From Octopus vulgaris (lineage: Eukaryota): a DNA stretch of 64,000 nt. Where the stretch lies: positions 37,944,001-38,008,000 of the forward strand of contig OX597834.1 in the NCBI GenBank assembly GCA_951406725.2, given 5' to 3'. The notes beneath the pieces were generated by a model that saw nothing but the letters and a program-made list of their open reading frames with translations, was not told where the DNA came from and made no database searches. Below are positions 56,697 to 64,000 of this stretch, one piece after another (the first letter of the stretch is position 1; every line of letters starts with the position of its first letter). Made by a program: the position numbers and the translations under genes.

Positions 56697-57215
56697 TCTG
56701 GTTTCGTTTCGTTTTTTCACAAAGCAATGCACATGTTTCCCAAAGAGGATCAACGGAAGGTACTGAAGTTCACGATTTTCCATGTGAGTGAAATAAATTT
56801 GGTACGGCTGAAACTTGAAACCGTTCTTCGGGCCTAGATTAATGAGATCTTAAACCTAGTTTTATAACAGTTCAACACAAAAGTAAAATAAAGATATTGA
56901 TTTCGATATTATATTTGAAGAAATCGTCTATTGTCCCTTGGGTGTTTGGAGTAGGAAAAGAAGAAATTCACAAGGGGTTGGTGGAGGACAATACAGAAGA
57001 ACGTACACACGAAATGTATATTATACCCATTTTTGTGTGTATTCAAGCATGTATGTTTATGTGTATATCTGAATGTGTATCAAATTCTCTCTCATGTAAG
57101 ACATTCGGAAGGTTTAATATTAAGAAATATTTCATCTCACTTGTCAGTACATTATCTCTTCACATGACACTAAAACATTTCGCTAAGCAAATATATACAC
57201 TCAAACTAAAGTATG

Positions 57216-57248
<33 letters not shown>

Positions 57249-57273
57249 ATGTGCTTGTGTATTTGTGCGCATG

Positions 57274-57306
<33 letters not shown>

Positions 57307-57366
57307 ATACATATATATGTATGCATTAATATATGTATATATATATATATATATATACCCTTTTAT

Positions 57367-57441
<75 letters not shown>

Positions 57442-57529
57442 TTTATTATATATATATATATATACATATGCATTTATGTAATATATATATATGTAATATA
57501 TATATCTATATATATATATATATATATAT

Positions 57530-57616
<87 letters not shown>

Positions 57617-57762
57617 CATACATACATACAAACACACATACAAGACCATCTTCGAATGACGAGATTCATTCCTATACACAAAGATATTCCAATGGAACAT
57701 ATGAAAAAATGTTTTTCAATGTGTGTGTATATATACGTGAACATACATACATACATGCAAGC

Positions 57763-57829
<67 letters not shown>

Positions 57830-57844
57830 TAGATAGATAGATAT

Positions 57845-57915
<71 letters not shown>

Positions 57916-57947
57916 CATTTATTTATACGCTCATATATATATATTTA

Positions 57948-57998
<51 letters not shown>

Positions 57999-58273
57999 TA
58001 TGTGTGTAAACATATGTATATATATTTGATTTTGTAGGAGTAGGAGACCCAAAAAATTAATAATATCGCATCAATAAATCGATATCACTCATTCTGCCAA
58101 TGTGTGTGTGTGTGTATGTAGATGTGTGAGTTTTATATTCATTTACTTATCTATGTCATCAATAAATATAGATATCATATTGGAGGTATGTGTGTGTGTG
58201 CGGACGTGCGCGCGTGTGTGTGTGTGTGTGCATGTATACGATGCTGATATATGAAATAGAAGCTATAGGTTTG

Positions 58274-58322
<49 letters not shown>

Positions 58323-58455
58323 ATATATTTATGTTTATATACATAGTATAAGAAATACAAACGTCTTGTGAAAAAGCTCATATTAGCTCATATATATTTA
58401 TATATATATATATATTACATGTATATATATATTGTGCATATATATATATGTTTGC

Positions 58456-58512
<57 letters not shown>

Positions 58513-58518
58513 TATATG

Positions 58519-58667
<149 letters not shown>

Positions 58668-58677
58668 TATATATATA

Positions 58678-58745
<68 letters not shown>

Positions 58746-59306
58746 TATACATAAATATTTGATATATGTACTTGTAGATATGCATATATATATATGTATT
58801 TATAAATATTTTCGATGTAGAATACGAATATATATACATACATATATATGCATGTGTGTGTGAGTGTGTGTGTGTGTGTGCGTGTAGATGTATATATACG
58901 CATGCACACTAACAAATACATATTATATATAACAAGTATGTACCTATGTAAATATGCGTAGCAGAGTCTCATCTATCACAAATAACCACTGTCACGCGCC
59001 ATATAAAATCATAATCGAAGATTGATTATCATACCCGCACATCGATACTAGATAGTAGCTGAAATGGGTTCCGATGACAAATCACATTGATTGAGGACCT
59101 CGCCCGCGATATCGATAAGCATTTTTTTTTATATGCTTCTTTGTTTTAGTTTTGCTTTTTTTTTTTGTTCTGATTTCTCATTCACTCTACTGATTGCACT
59201 AAATACACAACGTTTCATACGCACACGCAAATAGTCGCCACTCATCAGACATATATGTCTGTTTGTCAGTTCGTATGTCTGCATTTGTATCTATGTATTT
59301 ATCTCA

Positions 59307-59371
<65 letters not shown>

Positions 59372-59504
59372 CTTTCACAACTTCATAGTTCCCGGTTCAG
59401 CCCCACTGAATGGCACCTTGGGCAATTGTCTCTCTTCTACTATGGCCTCGTGCCGTTCTATGCGTTGAGTGGATTTGGAAGACAGAAACTGAAAGCAGAC
59501 AGTC

Positions 59505-59548
<44 letters not shown>

Positions 59549-59703
59549 AGAGAGAGAGAGATACATAGATAGATAGATAGATATATATTCATCCATACAA
59601 ACATACATATGTACATACATACACACATACATACATACCTACATACATACATACATACATAAATACAGACATACATGCAATACGTATAGACATTATGGGC
59701 AAA

Positions 59704-59742
<39 letters not shown>

Positions 59743-60061
59743 TCTATCTTTACATACGCACACATGAAATTGCGCGCGCGCTTGCGTGTGAATGTGAGTG
59801 AGTATGTCCGCGCGCGTGTGGTTAAGTGTGTGTGTATGTGTGCGTGCGTAAGAATGTATGTCGGCTGAAGTATAGACCACTGGCTATTCGTTTGCTCTTA
59901 ATGGATGAGATCACAGTATGAATATACTGAAAAGCGAAAATGAGAGACGGTTGTCTATATTCCGGCCAAAGTATACACATTAGGCTCGGTTTTGGTATAG
60001 ACATCTTACAAGTTAATGATTTTTATTTCAAAAGAACAACCATTATAATAATTAAACAGAC

Positions 60062-60119
<58 letters not shown>

Positions 60120-60131
60120 TGACAGACAGAC

Positions 60132-60181
<50 letters not shown>

Positions 60182-60268
60182 GCAGGCAGGCAGGCAGGCA
60201 GGCAGACAGACAGACAAATAGACATAGATAGACAGATAAAGAGAGAGGAAAGGATACATAAATATATA

Positions 60269-60320
<52 letters not shown>

Positions 60321-60950
60321 CACACATATACATACATGCATACATACATGCACGCACTCATACACACGCACATACACGCATTCATACATATATATATGGT
60401 GGCCGGCAACTCGTAGGCTTGTATGACCATCGCTTACACATTTTCTTATCCAGATGTTAAAGTCAATGGCTGTTAGCAACTTTCATGCTGAAATTTAAAA
60501 CTAATAACAGCTTGCACAACACCGCTAAAATTCTCACCTATGAATTCAAGTGGCCCAGAAGCAAGCCGCATTTGTGTTATGTGGCATTTAGAGTATGACA
60601 TATAACCAATGTTTAGAACACAGTGAGTTCCTTAATCCCCGAAAGATGCATCCGCGAAGAGAACTCGAAATATCTTTTTGTTCTCCATTAGTATCTAGAC
60701 TTTTGTATATTTGTAGGACAAGCAGGAGAGGAGAAATGGTGATACTTCTATTCATTTATTTATTTTTATTAAATGCATTCTCACACGTTTTGCAAGGATA
60801 TACCTTACACATGGATTATATCATCAAATCATCAGAGTTTGTATAATTGACGAAATATTAGCCATGATACAATTCAGATCAGTTTGAGAATTACATATAG
60901 ATATGTACATGCTTAAACATATAACAGTGTGTGTGCGCTCATACCTATAC

Positions 60951-61003
<53 letters not shown>

Positions 61004-61007
<4 letters not shown>

Positions 61008-61215
61008 GGGAAAGTTTACGAAAATAAACAAAAGACGAAGGCAGGTGTAGTACAAACAAACAAAGTATTAGTATAGCGCTCAGGAATAGAAAAAGTCTTT
61101 TACGTTTCGAGCCTACGCTCTTCGAAAGAAAAATACACAGAAAAAAACAAGGAGAGAAAAAAATGCGTGTTGGAGCTAACGATCTATCATGGCGTCCTAT
61201 CGATCTATCATGGCG
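61004..61215 (-). mobile_element. Insert between (TA)n tracts with a hammerhead-like motif at 61096-61130
   Basis: Minus strand tcttt-CGAAGA-gcgtaggctc-GAAAC-GTA-aaaga; downstream sequence loosely similar to 26480-26580. Confidence 0.6.
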
Positions 61216-62208
61216 TATATATATATATATATATATATACATTTACATATGTATATACTTTCATATACACGCATATATGCATAGATACACACACAAATAC
61301 ATACATACATGCATACATATATAAAGAGAGAGACAGACAGACAGAGACAGAGATCACAAAAGTGATGGAGGATACTGACTAGCACTGCTTATGCTAAAAT
61401 AAGAATTAGATTAACTCTCAAGCCTCTAATGCACTATACTTAATGACTAACAAAGGGAGGTAAGCTCCTAGCGTACATAGCCGTATCGGGATTTTGAATT
61501 TTGGTGAAGACCATCTTGATTCTCATCAGCGGCTCTTAACGCCTAGGGTTAAACTCAACTTTCTCTGTCAATCTTAAGAAAAACCGTTGAAATCATGTGA
61601 TTTTCAAAACGAAGTTTGAACAGCAAATTAAAAGGGTGGCTTATTAGCAATTTGAGACTAAAGTCAGCACCCACCCTCACTTTTGTGACCTCTTAATTTT
61701 GCCTTTAGGTTCTAATTGGTAATAAGCCACCCGAACTTGCATATATACACGCGCATATGTATACCATGCGAGTGGGGAAGGGTCAATGATAAGTCCCTAG
61801 TTTGGTTTCTCTATATTTGCATACCATTAACTTCACTTTCTATCGTTGTAAATCTTTTTGGGAATCTCACGAACAGACCAAATGAGCTCTTTAACTTACC
61901 ACCATTTTAATTACGGTCAGACAACCTATTTGAATATAATCTCTGAACTTAATTACAAAAGAATCGCTATTCTATGAAAAGCAGTGTAACTATAGAACTA
62001 CTATGAATTGCCTGAAGGCTAATATTTCCTCTATTACACAAACTATCTCTGTAAGGTATATCCTAGCGTAACGAACCTATTCATCAAAGAAACCCGTGTA
62101 AGGATGTATTTCATGAAAACATGAATATCTCTTTTCACTTCTTCTGTGTGTCTGTGCGTCTACATATGTATGCATATTTGTATGTATGCATGTATGTATA
62201 TGTATATA

Positions 62209-62310
<102 letters not shown>

Positions 62311-62690
62311 TATATATATATATGCACACACATACATGTATATCTACTGGCAAAGAAAGTAAATTTTACCGATCAATAAATTGAAATCGATAAAATAAGT
62401 TTCAGACGGAAACATATAGTGGAGTCGATATGGTATATTAAAACTGTCGAAAGCAGTGGTGCCCGGCTTAGTTGGAGTCTTATAAGTGAAACCGATAACA
62501 GAGTAAAAAGATAATTTCTGTAAGAATGTGTCAGTGTGCGTGTGTACGCGTATCTGTGTGTCTATAAACACACTCCCATATTTTTGTATGTACGTATATA
62601 TATGTATGTACGTATATATATTTATATATACATATATATATATGTGTGTGTGTGTGTCTATGTGTTTATGTTGCGTGTGCATGTATATAC

Positions 62691-62733
<43 letters not shown>

Positions 62734-63020
62734 TATATATATATATGAGTGTGTGTGTGTGTGTTAGTGTGTGTACAGAGAGAGCGAGAAAGAAAGGGTG
62801 AGAGAAAAAAAGAGAGATGGTGAGTGGGATGGTGAGATTTGAATAAGGTGATCTTACAATTAGAGAGAACGATTGATAGAGAATCAGAATATTTCCTGGC
62901 CAGACTTTAGCACTTTCGTCTCCTCAGAGACATACATACATACATACATACATACATACATACATACATACATACATACATACATACATACATACATACA
63001 TACATACATACATACATACA

Positions 63021-63055
<35 letters not shown>

Positions 63056-63116
63056 TTTAGGGGTTCCCGAACATGGACACGAACCTTTGGGGAAAATTTG
63101 CTGATTCTGAAATGTT

Positions 63117-63287
63117 GGAGTAGCTGTGTGGTAAGTAGCTTGCTTACCAGCCACATAGTTCTGGGTTCAGTCCCACTGCGTGGCACCTTGGGCAGGTGTC
63201 TTCTACTGTAACCTCGGGCCGACCAAAACCTTGTGAGTGGATTTGGTAGACGGAAACTGAAAGAAGCCCATCGTATATATGTATATA

Positions 63288-63361
<74 letters not shown>

Positions 63362-63565
63362 ATATGTTTGTTTGTAAGTGTCCCCCAATATCGCTTGACA
63401 ACCGATTACGTCCTCGTCCTCGTAACTTAGCGGTTCGGCAAAAGAGACCGATAGAATAAGTACTAGGCTTACAAAGAATAAGTCCTGGGGTCGATTTGCT
63501 CGATTAAAGGCGGTGCTCCAGCATGGCCACAGTCAAATGACTGAAACAAGTTAAACAGTAAAAAA
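63117..63565 (+). mobile_element. SINE family A
   Basis: Full head to tail with expanded internal (TA)n. Confidence 0.92.
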
Positions 63566-63683
63566 GTAATCGTAATTATACAAAAATCTTAAGTTGAGTA
63601 GAAAATTTTATGTCAGCCTATTTTGTGAAAATAAATTTACTTTTCGTTTTCTTTCTACTTACTTTGAATTTAACGATTTATAT

Positions 63684-63838
63684 TTATTTCTTTATTGCCC
63701 ACAGGGGGCTAAACACAGAGGGGACAAACAAGGACAGACAAACGGATTAAGCCGATTACATCGACCGCAGTGCGTTTTAACTAGTACTTATTTAATCGAC
63801 CCCGAAAGGATGAAAGGCAAAGTGGACCTCGGCGGAAT
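63684..63838 (-). mobile_element. SINE family B, young type, 5'-truncated
   Basis: Near-identical to about 22768-22918. Confidence 0.9.
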
Positions 63839-64000
63839 AACTTAACGATCTCTGTTGCATTATTCCTTATCGCTGTGTTGCTAATGGTGTAGTTTATTTC
63901 GAAGACTGTTTGCCACTGGTCACTGTCTTTCACTACTCCATTATTTAATAACTTTATGTGCTTATTTTATTGTTATTTGAACTTAAAATAATATTTAAAA

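Noticed and set aside
59105-59120. gatatcgataagc resembling a cloning-vector polylinker
   Set aside because: Only about 10 bp match and no other vector sequence nearby
61480-61535. Minus-strand CTGATGA followed by gaat/attc pairing
   Set aside because: No GAAA in the required position

Overview
This is AT-rich eukaryotic DNA saturated with microsatellites. The SINE families and repeat landscape point to an octopus (coleoid cephalopod) intronic or intergenic region; that assignment is inferred, not proven. No host protein-coding gene can be supported, and only one 48-nt candidate exon was found. Nearly all ORFs in the supplied track are artefacts of simple repeats. The window holds three tRNA-derived SINE families (about 30 copies or fragments), relics of R4/Dong-like, RTE and CR1/L2-like LINEs, mariner/Tc1 and hAT MITEs, a mariner transposase relic, a complete non-autonomous Helitron and a Helentron/DINE-like element. 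The main signal is a set of short, mutually dissimilar inserts sitting in or beside (TA)n/(TG)n tracts that carry type I hammerhead-ribozyme-like motifs (about 3081, 23800, 24825, 26450, 41750, 44500/44630, 45140, 54085, 61120). One has identical 110-bp direct repeats with a 397-bp period, and another is a ~286-bp foldback, consistent with Penelope-like termini or retrozymes. Two carry the same non-canonical CCGANGA core. Other oddities: an indel-free 40-bp array resembling the SINE tRNA head, a repeated SINE-into-SINE junction, and a minisatellite with 3- and 6-unit higher-order structure.
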